DNA of 63,859 nt, the filler included, from Phoronis australis (taxonomy: Eukaryota; Animalia; Phoronida), in NCBI GenBank assembly GCA_002633005.1. It is 8 parts of 8 records of this genome, joined end to end, with 100 filler letters (N's around TTAATTAATTAA, not from the genome) between each part and the next. Parts side by side here need not be neighbours in the genome. Positions count along the whole stretch, not along the records: positions 50,625 to 53,068 come from NMRA01003666.1; positions 53,169 to 57,416 come from NMRA01002648.1; positions 57,517 to 62,063 come from NMRA01002556.1; positions 62,164 to 63,859 come from NMRA01001584.1; 4 more parts are not named here. One strand, written 5' to 3'. Shown here one piece after another: positions 51,986 to 63,859 of this stretch. The translations under genes were made by a program, and so were the position numbers. The number at the start of each line of letters is the position of its first letter. Position 1 is the first letter of the stretch. The notes beneath the pieces were generated by a model that worked only from the letters and a program-made list of their open reading frames with translations, did no database searches and was not told where the DNA came from.

Positions 51986-53504
51986 TATGGATCAGTGTTA
52001 TCATTTTGTTGTGAAGGAAGACTGAATAATTATACAATGGTCTAATCAGCTTTGGACTATTTTTATCCATCAATGTTTATACCAAATTTTCAATATTCAC
52101 CAAAGTAAATTACTTTCACTTGACCAAGATCTGGTGCTCGGGATGAATGGATCAAGTTTCTTTCATTCATGGATATTCTGCATTGTTTGACTTTTTGCAC
52201 AAGTCATTTGAGTACTCCACTATACACCAGTGATAATTTGACGGTATGATGATTGGAAAAATGTTCAAAAAACTACCATGGAATTTCACTGACTTTTATC
52301 ATCTTATATCTATCCAATCACATGCGAAGTGTAGGTGATGCTGAACGTTGTCCACTAATTCCTCTATCGCCATCTATTGAGAAACCTTGAGTTGATGTTA
52401 TATTGGAAAACTGCTATCAAAAGTGTTTAGAAACACTGAAAATTGTATGACCAGTAACATTTATGTTGGAGCTGTTCATTTGTACCTACACGTCTCAATA
52501 TGTGTGGAATGTTAAGTGTGTGCGTGCGTGTGATTTACTATGTTATAATAGTTGAACAAAGAATCTTCATCTAACAGTTTACAAAAATATCTTGTGTTAG
52601 TGAAGGCTTTAACATACAGTATATACTGAAAGTTATCGAACCGTGGCCCAGAATTCCTGTCGTGACGCCTGGATCCAATTGCAATTCATTATCTCCATTG
52701 TTACTAACAGTGTCTTGCTGCTCTCAATTTGTTATTGGAATTATTGTTATATGATGTACCTGACTTTAGATTAGCATTGCTCCAGTTAAATTTGTGCCTT
52801 ACCTAACAGAAACTAAAATGTTATTGATCACAGGAAAATTATCTGCATCCCTTGGGTTGGAGCCAGGAACCAAGATTCTGGTCGTTTTCCATGGTTGGAT
52901 GTTGTTTATCTTAACAATAATAACACCTTTTTGCTTTGCTCTGGTTTACTGACTTGCATATTGGACTGCGGTTTGTTTTTGGAGGAAAATTTGTTACGGT
53001 AAAGTCGCGTGATTTTCGGACACTGAAAATTAATTCCAATAGAAAAAATTCATTCTTGGACGAATCTCNNNNNNNNNNNNNNNNNNNNNNNNNNNNNNNN
53101 NNNNNNNNNNNNTTAATTAATTAANNNNNNNNNNNNNNNNNNNNNNNNNNNNNNNNNNNNNNNNNNNNAACCTAATTTCAATATGGCGTCGCTGCAAATC
53201 CGCTATTGTCGGCGTTGTCTGCCAAACATTCGCTGAACTCAACGTCGGTGACTTTACCATTAACTCAAATCAAAGGCAATGCGTGCCGATGATTTCTAAC
53301 TGGCAATTTAAGGGTTGGCCAATCCTACTAAACCCTGAAGCGTTTTCTTGAGTCCCTGATGTTTTCGCTGAATGTTCTTGCTGGTAATGAAAATGTAGAT
53401 TCCAATCATGGTAAGAAAAATTACGAGGCCGCTTTTATGAGAGTAAAAAAGCTTAAATTTAGCCAGATAAACAGGGCGAAATGCAGCTCATACTCTGCCA
53501 TTTG

Positions 53505-53725
53505 ATCGAATGGGATTTCACACCGTCATCAGAGCGTTTAGCTGCGACCGCGAGGGTTCTAGGTTCGAATCTGCGCCAGGCAGGGTCTCAAAGAACCACT
53601 CGTATTCTCATTGCCGACAATGTCACTTGTCCTTTTGTGACGACCCTTCCTGCGGCTGCGAAAGCGAGAAAGGCAAGTAGAGCGCCCTCAGCACTGAGAC
53701 AGTTCATAAATAATGCCAGTATACC
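53505..53725 (+). mobile_element. tRNA-derived SINE remnant
   Basis: B box GGTTCGAATC at 53562-53571; 3' GAGCGCCCTCAGCACT...ATAAATAAT tail resembling LINE-derived SINE tails. A box degenerate. Confidence 0.35.
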
Positions 53726-55538
53726 GGTGAACCACAAAATTTTTCAAGAATCTGAATTCCGATTGTATATTTTCACACTAAATTATACAGTAAACCAGAA
53801 ATTAACCAAAACGTTTCATTACCCAGTGCACTGACTAATTCGGAGCACCTCTGGTAATTTATTTTCGTAGCCTCCAATTTCCCCTCGAAGGTGAAAACTG
53901 ATTTGCTTACCTACGTGCGCACTTTAATTATTCGGCCAATTGTTCGACAATTCAAAAGTCATGATTTGCAATACGACAGAAGTCCGCTCATGCGTAAATA
54001 AAATTCACCTCCGTGGGGAAATTTGAAGTTCGAGAATACCGAGGTGTTCAGGATGGCATTGTTTAGATAATCCTGGAACACCGCGGGTGTTTTCGTACCC
54101 TCAAATTTGCGCATGTGCGAACGTCAATCTTACGGCCAATCATTCTCCAGTCTACTTGTAATCTTACTGAAGTCATGGTTTTTGGTCATTTGCGGTATTT
54201 GAGACTTGGAGACCGCAAAAAGTAGCTGCCATGGTTAATACGTTACCTACACACCTCTGATAAGGGGTCAAAAATTTTCCAAAGGAACAAAGTGTTCTAA
54301 GCACTACATATAGCCGCATTTGGTTAGTTGCTATAGTAAGATCATCTCAAACAACCACAGCCTCGTCCCCACGCCTAAAGATGGCGCTGATCGGTTTAGC
54401 CATTTGAGGCGTGGTTATTGGAAATCAAATGTGTTAGAATTCTGACATATTTTTACAATTTTTTTGAAATTTTCGGCAGCCAAAATCGCTTTCAATGATT
54501 AACAGGTTACCTACCAACCTATGCCAAGTGAAAATCTTTTTGGCAGAATTTACCTATCAAATTACCATCACAATATGTTCACATGTTCATGAAGACTAAA
54601 ATGCTGCATTAGGTTAGTTGCTTTGGTAAGGTGGTTTCCTGGAAACCGTAGCTAAGAAAGTGAACACAATCTTGGCACTGCCTGCTGCTAACAACAATCA
54701 CCATAGTCTAAGTTTCATGCATTCTCACATTGTGAACAGCTTTTTAGCCGTGAACCTGTACTGTGCACTTGGGAAAGGTGTTTCTATGTATATCGCAGTG
54801 CAGAGTGACAAACTGTTGTCTTGCACTCATTCATTCTTGGGTCTAATTAATCTGCTAATTACCAAGTATCATATTTCTCCGCTAGTAATTCACACTGCAG
54901 AAAAACAAGCCATAGAGGCATCGTCAATAATTCATTTAGCAGTGAAACTAAAGCGAAAAAGTTCAACGACCCTCAAATCAACATTTCTTTAAAAAATCCC
55001 ATTAATTCTTATCTTTCGACTAACTGTAACTGTTTTGACATGCAGGATAAAGCAAAATAGTTTTCACCAATGCGTTTTGGCTATAAATATAATCATAAAC
55101 ATTTTGCAAAAACATAAAGTTTGCACTTAATGACCTTTGCCCTAAACTAATGACCTAATTATACAGTTTTGAGAAAGGCAATTAAAACAAAACATTCGGT
55201 CAGCTAAAACTTCCCCTCTAGAAACGCCCATTTGCTTTCTTTTTTAACGCCTTAATTGTTAATTTAGCCAGTAGGCCCTATATCGAGTAATTATTTTTTC
55301 TATCCAAGAATAACATAAATATTAGAAATTGATGTCTGTTGTTCATATACATTAAGCAGACGACATACTTTGCACCTCTTATCTTCATTGCGGATCATCC
55401 CATAAATAGTGCTTGTGTGGGTTAATAACAGTAACGCGAGATTCTGTGAGACTTAAGTGTGACGTCACCGTCATTTAATAGGTGCTTTAATCATAAATTA
55501 GCGTCTGTACCGTGAACATGATTTTTAAATTACTTTAA

Positions 55539-56059
55539 AGAGTCATGGAACACGAAAGCCTTTCAATCGTGTCTTTTTAAACAATTCCTGACTAAAGTAC
55601 CATCTCCCAACGTCTAGTACAGAGAAATTCACTTTCTCCTGTGAGGAAATTTCTAGAAAAAAATCACAAAATTCAAAATTTTTGAAATACGTGGGAAGGA
55701 AAATCTCTTTGGTTACTACAGAGTTTCTAATCACAATCCCACTTATCACAGTTAGTTGCATGAAGTCGCTTCAGGTCAAGTGTCACATTTTCCATGTAAG
55801 GGAAATGTGCTACGTCTATGTCTGTATGTCTTGCCATACCAAATAAGGAGATGGGCTTTGCCTTGTGGGAGAAAAATCGACGAAGTAGCGAGCAGATGAC
55901 AAATCATTTTCTGAAATTTGAAACTAAAAGAATATGCTTTGTTTTCAACAGAAATTAAAAATCTTTACGAACAAGTCCTTACAGGTTGAATTTTGTGTCA
56001 ATGGCAGAGAACCACTTTCAATATTGCAATTTAGTCTGTTTATCGGGTTCCAGGCCTCT
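55539..56059. mobile_element. Kolobok-type MITE (copy 2)
   Basis: TTAA|AGAGTCATGGAACACGA...TCGGGTTCCAGGCCTCT|TTAA; homologous to 22596-23092. Confidence 0.8.
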
Positions 56060-56063
56060 TTAA

Positions 56064-56456
56064 AGTGGAACTTGCAGGCTAATTCCTTATCTCTGTGATT
56101 GCTTGACCAAATTGGTTAGAAACACAACATATAACAGCGATGCGAATATGAAGTTAGATGAAAACTGCTAAATGTTTTTAAAAACGAGTTTTGTGGCGAA
56201 AATGATCCGCCGCCAAATCACTGAATAGTGTTCAGTAAGTATATCATGACGTGTTGTTGGGAATAACACTGCATGACTTGGGCTATGTGAGCCCGTCATT
56301 AGTGCAAAGGTCACATATCTTCTGATTTTTTGTTCTCACATTTGCAAGTTCTCAAAGAATACAACTGCACTTTGTTTAGCGCAGATTATGTTAATACAGC
56401 ATTGTCATTTAGTTCCTGCTATACATTAGTATGGTTAGGAGCATGCAAATACATCT
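56064..56456. mobile_element. Possible second Kolobok-type MITE sharing the same TTAA
   Basis: TTAA|AGTGGAACTTGCAGGC...GCATGCAAATACATCT|TTAA (imperfect TIR, 11/16). Confidence 0.4.
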
Positions 56457-56869
56457 TTAAAAGGTGATACCTAGTAATCAAAAGCTAAGCGATATGGCCG
56501 GAGTATGTTCTTAAGGACCTTCAAAGTGGGCGTTCCTTTAAAGGTTCTTTTCCATGGGTGCCGCTGCATACTCCAAGACCGGGGAGTGTTTCGTGGGCCC
56601 TCGAGAAAAGCTAGTGTGACCACGTGCATTGCTTGGTTAACGTAGTGATGTCTCTTGAAGACTTTCTCATAAGGATGCATGTCCAGTCGCCATTTTCTTC
56701 CCTTTTCTGCCATGACCACAATGTTGAGAATTGACGAAAGCTAATATTAAATACTTTTTTATTCTTTCATTGAAAACACCGAAGCAATATACTGTATTAG
56801 ATATACAATAGAGACAAATGATAAACACTTGGTCGGTTAAAACCGCAATAGGAAAACGAAATTATCCTC

Positions 56870-57416
56870 AACATCGTCATCACCAGCATTGTCATCCCAA
56901 TTGCCATCTTCACCATCATCAGCGTCATCATTGTCACCTTCGCCACCACCACCATCATCATCATTGTCGTCTTCATAGGCTCCCTCGTCGTCGTCGCTAT
57001 TGTCGTCTCCATTGTCACGATCACTATCGTCATCATCATCATCTGATGTCACTAACATCATCACGTCTATCACTGTCACCACTATCATTGCCAGCGCTTC
57101 CAATCCCATCGGCCACCAGTCGCCACATCACCATCATTATTACTACTGATACCAGTCAATATCATTAACTACCGTCACCACATCACCATCATTATCACTA
57201 CTGATAGCAGTCAATATCATTTACTACCGTCACCACATCATCATTATCACTACTGATACCAGTCAATATCATTTACTACCATCACCACGTCACCGTCCTT
57301 ATCACTACTGATACCAGTCAATACCATTCACCACCAGTCGCCACATCACCATCTTAATCACTACTGGTACCAGTCAATATCATTTTCCACCAGTCGCCAC
57401 ATCACCATCATTGTCA
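56870..57416. repeat. (CAT/CAC/CGT)n low-complexity tract grading into a ~55-bp degenerate minisatellite
   Basis: Direct reading; units CCACATCACCATCATTATCACTACTGATACCAGTCAATATCAT... Confidence 0.9.
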
Positions 57417-57529
57417 NNNNNNNNNNNNNNNNNNNNNNNNNNNNNNNNNNNNNNNNNNNNTTAATTAATTAANNNNNNNNNNNNNNNNNNNNNNNNNNNN
57501 NNNNNNNNNNNNNNNNCACCAGGTCATGA

Positions 57530-57721
<192 letters not shown>

Positions 57722-58459
57722 TAAAAAATCGATCAGTTGTGTGGCACACTTTTAAGTTTTACTTGTCATGAATTATGCTGTATGATATAGTTAAAGCTTA
57801 GAGTCTGATTCTGAGTAGAGTCCAAGTTCGGAGATTAGACCCTGGGCACAGGCTGTTTATATTACAGTTGTATCAAATTATGTGGTAAACTTGTAATACA
57901 ACACTAACCTCTTTGTAGTCACTGAATGCCAGAGTCCCAGTTTTATTGATTGGGGGAATACTGTTGATCTTTGAGTACTTGACTTTGTTTTTTGATTGGA
58001 TTGCCTATCATTGCTTCATTGTGTTTAATGTAAGTTGTTTTATTTGAGTACATTGACAAGTTCACTAAGAACGTAGTTGATAATGTGGAAGTTAACAAAA
58101 GTTGCGGGAAACGTAAATTTTAATTAGAGGAGGCAGTGTGGTCTAGTGAGATCAGTGTTTGCTTCCTTTACTCAAGGTCATAGGTTAGGCCTCAATCTCC
58201 TCAGCTTGGTTTTTACTATGTTACTGAATAAAGCATAAAAATGGTTCAAGGTGATCAGTGCAATGGGCCCAGCCAGTGTACGTCTGGTTTCAATGTTTAC
58301 CAGACCCCCTACAGTTATTTTTTAATATTTAAATTAATTTCTAAATTTCTACTGTAATGTTCATGTGTCCAGCTTGTGTCTGTTCAAACGTGCACTAGAG
58401 GTGAACACTGTTTACAACAGCTACTGTCTTATGTTAATGTGTTCTTGTATTCATTTCAG

Positions 58460-58574
58460 GTATTGCATTTGAACAAGGTAAACTGTTACCCACCCCTGAG
58501 ACTATCCCGTTTCGGCTGACTAGAGACATCGTGGACGGTATGGGAGCGACGGGGGTGGAGGGGGTATTTAGGAG
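58460..58574 (+). CDS. ATM: ATM, activation-loop exon (115 nt)
   Basis: tttcag|[38 protein letters not shown](R)|gtgagg. Confidence 0.97.
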
Positions 58575-59190
58575 GTGAGGGGTTACACGCATTAGTATTA
58601 TTTGATGTAAATCAGTTGTTAATTTCAATATCAGGTTATTATAATTCTACATTGTTTATATACCGTACACTGTTTGGTGCTTGGCATGCATTTGTATTGT
58701 AATCCCACGTTGTAAACACACATTACATAGTATTTGTTGTTAATTTCAATAATTTTATCAGGATAAATTATAAAATCCTACATAGTTTATATACCATGTA
58801 CCTTATGGTGTTTGGCATGCATTTGTATTGTAAACAGGTGTGGATCAAATAGCCCTTTAGTTTAGTTTCATAGTGAAGAGGTTTCTGCTCAAAACTGCTC
58901 TCCATAGTCTGGGTGTAGTTTTCATTTCCAGGCAAAGCACATTTGAGTTTGACACGGAATCCCTATCACTGGATGTTGAGTAAGAATAAAATGTCTGAGG
59001 TATACATAAACTCAGGGACTATGTTGGTGTCACACCATATGCATTTTGAAGTTTTGTCCTTTTGCAAGAAAGGGAAATGTTACATTCAAACTTGTATTGG
59101 AAGATGAGTTATGAGGCCAGCATCTAAATACAATAAAGGCTTCTGATTTTTGTGTACTGTTAATAATTTGCGAATTTTGTTGGAATCCAG

Positions 59191-59384
59191 GTGCTGTGAA
59201 AAGACCATGGAGGTGATGCGCCACTCACAGGAGGCGCTGATGACCATCCTGCAGGTGCTGCTGTACGACCCACTCTACGCCTGGACACTGTCCCCACAGA
59301 GGGCGTTCCAGCTACAGCAGCAGCAGCTTTTAGACGAACAAGATGGGAACCAGACGAGCGACATTGTACAAGTCAACCAGCAAG
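59191..59384 (+). CDS. ATM: ATM, kinase C-lobe/PRD exon (194 nt)
   Basis: atccag|[64 protein letters not shown]|gtccgt; phases join both neighbours. Confidence 0.92.
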
Positions 59385-60104
59385 GTCCGTTATACTGTTA
59401 GTTTATATGATGTACCATAAAATTTCACCAATTTAGTACTCCATATAGTGGACAGAAGAAATTTTATTTTCTCATTTTTTGAAATGCTATATAGTACCAG
59501 AATGCTTTGATAAAAATATTTGGACATTCCCAATAATGTTAAAAGCGGTTGAAAAATGAAAAGGTGCAATTTTTGCATATCATTTTTGTCCTAAATTGGT
59601 GATTTCACCATAAGTTGGGTTTGCATTGCAATGATTCTAACCAGTTTTGATCATAATTTAATCATCTCTACTTACCGATTAAATAACCAACCACTGTCCC
59701 TGCATTGCCCTCTGAAAATAGGAGATTTTTAACTGAAGAGGCCATAGATTATGATGAGATGGATGTCACTGAGGCATGGTAGAGAATCAAAATGATGTTT
59801 AGACTTCCCTGCAAGATGCTCTAGCTGAATGAAATAGTCATTAAAATAGCAATTTAATTTTCCTGAAAGTGTAGTTTCTGGTGATATGCATAAAATAAAT
59901 TACAAAAAATTGTAAAAGAATGTATTAACAATGTGTCATGAAATGTACAAACTAGGGAAAATTATAGAAATTTACAAAATCAATTCATAGAACTACATTA
60001 AATAGACGCGTTACTATTTGCAGAGTGATACTTGAAGGCACATTTCTCTAAGCACGTACCCATCTTTGATGTTACAAATCAGTTCCATATAATACAACAA
60101 ACAG

Positions 60105-60610
60105 CAGGGCTTGGAATTTTCCGCGGAAACGCGGATTTCCGCTTTTTTCAAATGTGCTTTCCGCTTTTTTATAATATTTCTGCGTAAAAAAATCAGATTT
60201 GATATAAAATTTCTGCGGCAAATTCCTTTCTTACCGCGGCGTTGCAGACGACGTTCACCTCGAAAAGCGGAAGTTGCTCTTTATGTTTCGGAGGAACGTA
60301 AATTGTCAACATCGCCGGGGCATCTGGGACAGCGTGGTGAGATTTTCAATGGCGTCTCGTGTTATTGTTAATCGCGGCGACAAATACTACCGCTCTGCAG
60401 CCAAAAATGTGTGGGTTGGGAGTGGACGGGCGAGCTAAAAGGACGCAGACGCATGCTACTGATGGTGGTAACATTTTTTTTTTTTTTAGTCCTCCCTTTT
60501 GTCGGGGAAAGGTTCACATTGACCATTTCAAGGCTGGTTATCGGGCATGATTTGGGCCGTAAAGGTTTCAACGTTTCCGCGTTTTTTGTCATTGGTCATT
60601 CCAAGCCCTG
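60105..60610. mobile_element. hAT-type MITE with 6-bp TSD in the last ATM intron
   Basis: AAACAG|CAGGGCTTGGAAT...ATTCCAAGCCCTG|AAACAG; perfect 13-bp TIR. Confidence 0.8.
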
Positions 60611-60999
60611 AAACAGTGATACAAAACCAATTGGAAATGCGTATCGTGCACTTGGTCACAAAACCAACCAGATTCCACACACCATTTTTGATGCATAACG
60701 TTCTGCCAAATCTACATTAAAATTCAAAATTCGCCATTCATTTCCAAACTCAGAATCCCTTCTGAGCTTACTTTTGTTGAGAAATTTGGCAAAATGAAAT
60801 TTCACTTGTCTGCCATATTGAATATGAATGGTGGTTGTTTTTGTCATGGTGCCATACTAGTCATTTTCAGGCAGTTTTGCTGTTAAAAGAATTAGACGTC
60901 ATGACACGGAAAGAGTGTTTTGTTTGGTTATTTTTTGTTATGTACCTGTAGATGCAACACTGATAATGGGAAAACTATTGTTGTACTTTACAATTGCAG

Positions 61000-61181
61000 A
61001 CAATAGCGAGCAGGTGAACAAAATGGCTGAACGCGCCCTGCTGAGACTGAAGCAGAAGTTGAATGGTTTGGAGGATGGCAACCACCTTAGTGTGAGTGGA
61101 CAAGTGAACCATTTGATCCGCCAGGCGAGGGACGTCAAGAATCTGTCGCAGCTGTTTGCTGGCTGGCAGCCATATTTGTAG
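61000..61181 (+). CDS. ATM: ATM, last coding exon (FATC domain)
   Basis: ttgcag|DNSEQVNKMAERALLRLKQKLNGLEDGNHLSVSGQVNHLIRQARDVKNLSQLFAGWQPYL*. Confidence 0.96.
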
Positions 61182-61514
61182 AAGAGTGACAACTATTTTG
61201 TAGAGGTGTTGAGTGCAATTGATATTAATTTGTATATTGCAGCATGACTTCCACATATTAAATCTGCTTTAGACTGTTTGTTATTGCTTGAGATCAGTAT
61301 CAACAAGTTGGATTGACTGGAAAATATTAACCAAAGGTAGTCCCATCACTGAACACTAAATGGCGCTACAAGTTGCTACATTGAGACTCCAAAAATTGAC
61401 AATTACCACCTCGGGTAACAGATCTCTAAAAAGCCTGTTCCACCGATATATCCACATGATTGCCTGCTGTGTATTTACTAGCTCACCTCAATCAAGTTTG
61501 AAGTGATGTCAAAA

Positions 61515-61520
61515 AATAAA
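61515..61520 (+). promoter_or_regulatory. Candidate ATM polyadenylation signal
   Basis: AATAAA about 335 nt after the stop codon. Confidence 0.35.
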
Positions 61521-63859
61521 CTATTGCACACTAATTTTGCAGATTTGCTTCAATTCAACTTAAAAAATTAGATTTAAAAGTAAATCTAATTTTCAGTCGT
61601 AGCAATGATTAAGAACAAAATTCTTTAGCCCGTAATCCACACTGTTCTTCGTGTCAGATTTCGGCCCACTTCATCTGTAAATCATTGACGACATGTTTTC
61701 ATCTGGCCTATTTTCTTCCATGTATTTCTGCAAGCAAAATGTACAGTTTAATTCAGTTGAGATGTTGAATCCTTTGTTTTATCTGTTGATACTGTACACG
61801 CCAAGAGTAATCGCACAAAATGCCACGTTTCGTCATGACTGTTGAATGACGCTTGTACTCGGCCATCATGACGGAATTCTGGGTCATTTTGTCTCATTAT
61901 TTTTATCGTGTGCTGTTAAGTTCGAAACACTGTTTGGGTTTGCGTTAAGGTCCGAAAATGTTTCTCTGAAACTTTTCCATTTAGCCTTGATAAGAATGAC
62001 CTTACAATTAATACGAACTCAAAAATCACTAGGGGGCGCTAGTGTAAGAAGGATCTCGTAGAANNNNNNNNNNNNNNNNNNNNNNNNNNNNNNNNNNNNN
62101 NNNNNNNTTAATTAATTAANNNNNNNNNNNNNNNNNNNNNNNNNNNNNNNNNNNNNNNNNNNNACCTTAAGACAGGTGAAATTGAGCAGCCTTCTGTATG
62201 TTTAAGCATTTCTCAGACTTTTAAAATCACACAGTGAACCCTTTTAAAGGAAAATAACTGGAATTGAAGCACCATTTTGTAGTGAATAATGTCAAAAAGG
62301 AAGAAACTGACCTTGAAGATTCACCCTTCGTGGCGGCACTAAGCTCCTAGTGACTTAGCGAGCACTTCTAAAAAGGCAGAAGTGCCATTGCAAAAAATTT
62401 AAAACTAGTCGTTATCAAACATCGAACGCATAATTTGAGAATCTGTCTATGTGGTCAGGTTTCCCCACCTATCGTTGCCGATGTCTTCCGCGATTCGCGA
62501 TTCTAATTAAACTTTCGAGTCAAACTGAAGTACGTGCTTTTCACGGCTGGAAATCAACATGCATTCAATACCGCATTTAATCTTTATTTCACCCCATCAA
62601 TATCTCAATTATTTACAACTCACAAAGCACAATTTTCCATCACGGTGAGGGTGACGCTTGAGGGGTGCTGAATGCGCATCCTAACTGTGTCGTTATTTCA
62701 ATTCAATACCTGGCTTTCATTAGATCAATGGTATCAACTTCTCCAACTGTACGTAATCGTTGACTCAACCCTTGGGTCAATAACTCACTTGCGAGTTTCC
62801 AGTTAGTCAATGTGACGTCACCGGAAGTAGGCCATAACCTGTCACACTGCCCTTGTTTTGCACCCGAGTCTTTGCTACACGTGCTGAATCTCTCTGAGTT
62901 TTTATGGAGAATTTTACATTTAAAATGTTACTACTACTTAAGAGGTGGTTGATGGATCGTGGAATAACTGTGAATGGACGGAGAAAAGGTGAACTTGTGT
63001 GAAGCTGTGAACGGACTGAAATTGGAACTCGACCCGAACTAGGCAATTAAATCACTCTGGTAGGCATACATGTACAGGGGCGATAGTAGGCCCCCAAACA
63101 AATTAGGTATTTCAAAACAGAGCAATTAAAACCAAATGAAACATGCATACATGTATATTCACATGAAGTTATAATTAACATATACCATGATCTGCAGTTT
63201 AGTCTACAAATAACTGGAACATATTCATGAAAATCTGTCGCGGTTCACCCAAGTTTCTCACACCGGGCGCCATTTTGGGAAGCTACATGAAATCAAGCCA
63301 TAAGTCCAAGGGACACAAATCGTACATCGCCATTGATATCTTCCCATGCTATTTTGCATTTGTCACGTGTCAGATTACGCGCTTCCCTCACTCTGTAGCT
63401 AGTGTTTGCCTAACTCACCTGACTCAGTTGAAATACTTTGTGGTAATCGTGCGCTTGGTGAAAAAGTAAGTTAACACTAACCACAAAGGTGGAGTTGGAA
63501 TTATTCGCTAAAGTCACCTTAATTCTCATAGCATGCTTCATTGAAGACATGTGTAGAAGCAGAAAGGATTACTTAAGAAAGTAAGCGCTTTTTTATATGA
63601 TAGTTTTAAGTGTAGATTGTATTTTTGACTAGGTGTAAACTCTTAAGAGACAGTCCATATAAAAACCAGTAGATTTTCAAAAATCAGTCTATACGTCAAA
63701 ATTTAAAACAACTTCATTTTTTGTACATGGGTAGGTATCCTAACATAAACCCAAATGCCAATTTTTGTGCACTCAATGACCCCTAATTTCGCCGCTGGAG
63801 CATGATAACACAAATTGGCACAATTGGGCATATTAGCCGTCTCAAAAATCGCATGTTTT

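Noticed and set aside
56797-57168. His-rich, Asp-rich and Met-rich ORFs as biomineral or metal-binding proteins
   Set aside because: They are alternative translations of one (CAT/CAC/CGT)n low-complexity tract, with no convincing splice or start context.

Overview
This is eukaryotic, intron- and repeat-rich animal DNA, probably from a marine invertebrate (inference from TE types and gene style). It is not a prokaryotic or accessory-island window. It is a pseudo-scaffold of 8 contigs joined by seven identical 100-nt spacers (44 N + TTAATTAATTAA + 44 N), so adjacency across gaps is not evidence of linkage. Almost all ORFs in the supplied track are spurious, and the real genes are spliced exons. 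(1) An unannotated + strand gene with five symmetric phase-1 exons (11152-22581), each encoding one 6-Cys EB-module/EGF-like repeat. (2) Two internal exons of OSGEP/Kae1 (47860-48936). (3) A filamin-type Ig-repeat terminal exon on the - strand (50354-50524), apparently inside the OSGEP intron. (4) The last four exons of ATM (57555-61181; kinase C-lobe, PRD, FATC). The rest is a TE landscape: a Penelope GIY-YIG end with a variant hammerhead, Academ(X)-like XPG-domain remnants, and a nested LTR-like/LINE/solo-LTR stack with readable target-site duplications (TSDs). It also holds CR1-like RT, Kolobok/hAT/Harbinger-type MITEs, tRNA-SINE remnants, a 1.5-kb foldback and several minisatellites. No CRISPR, rRNA or intact tRNA was found. 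All calls come from manual reading and translation; no database searches were run.
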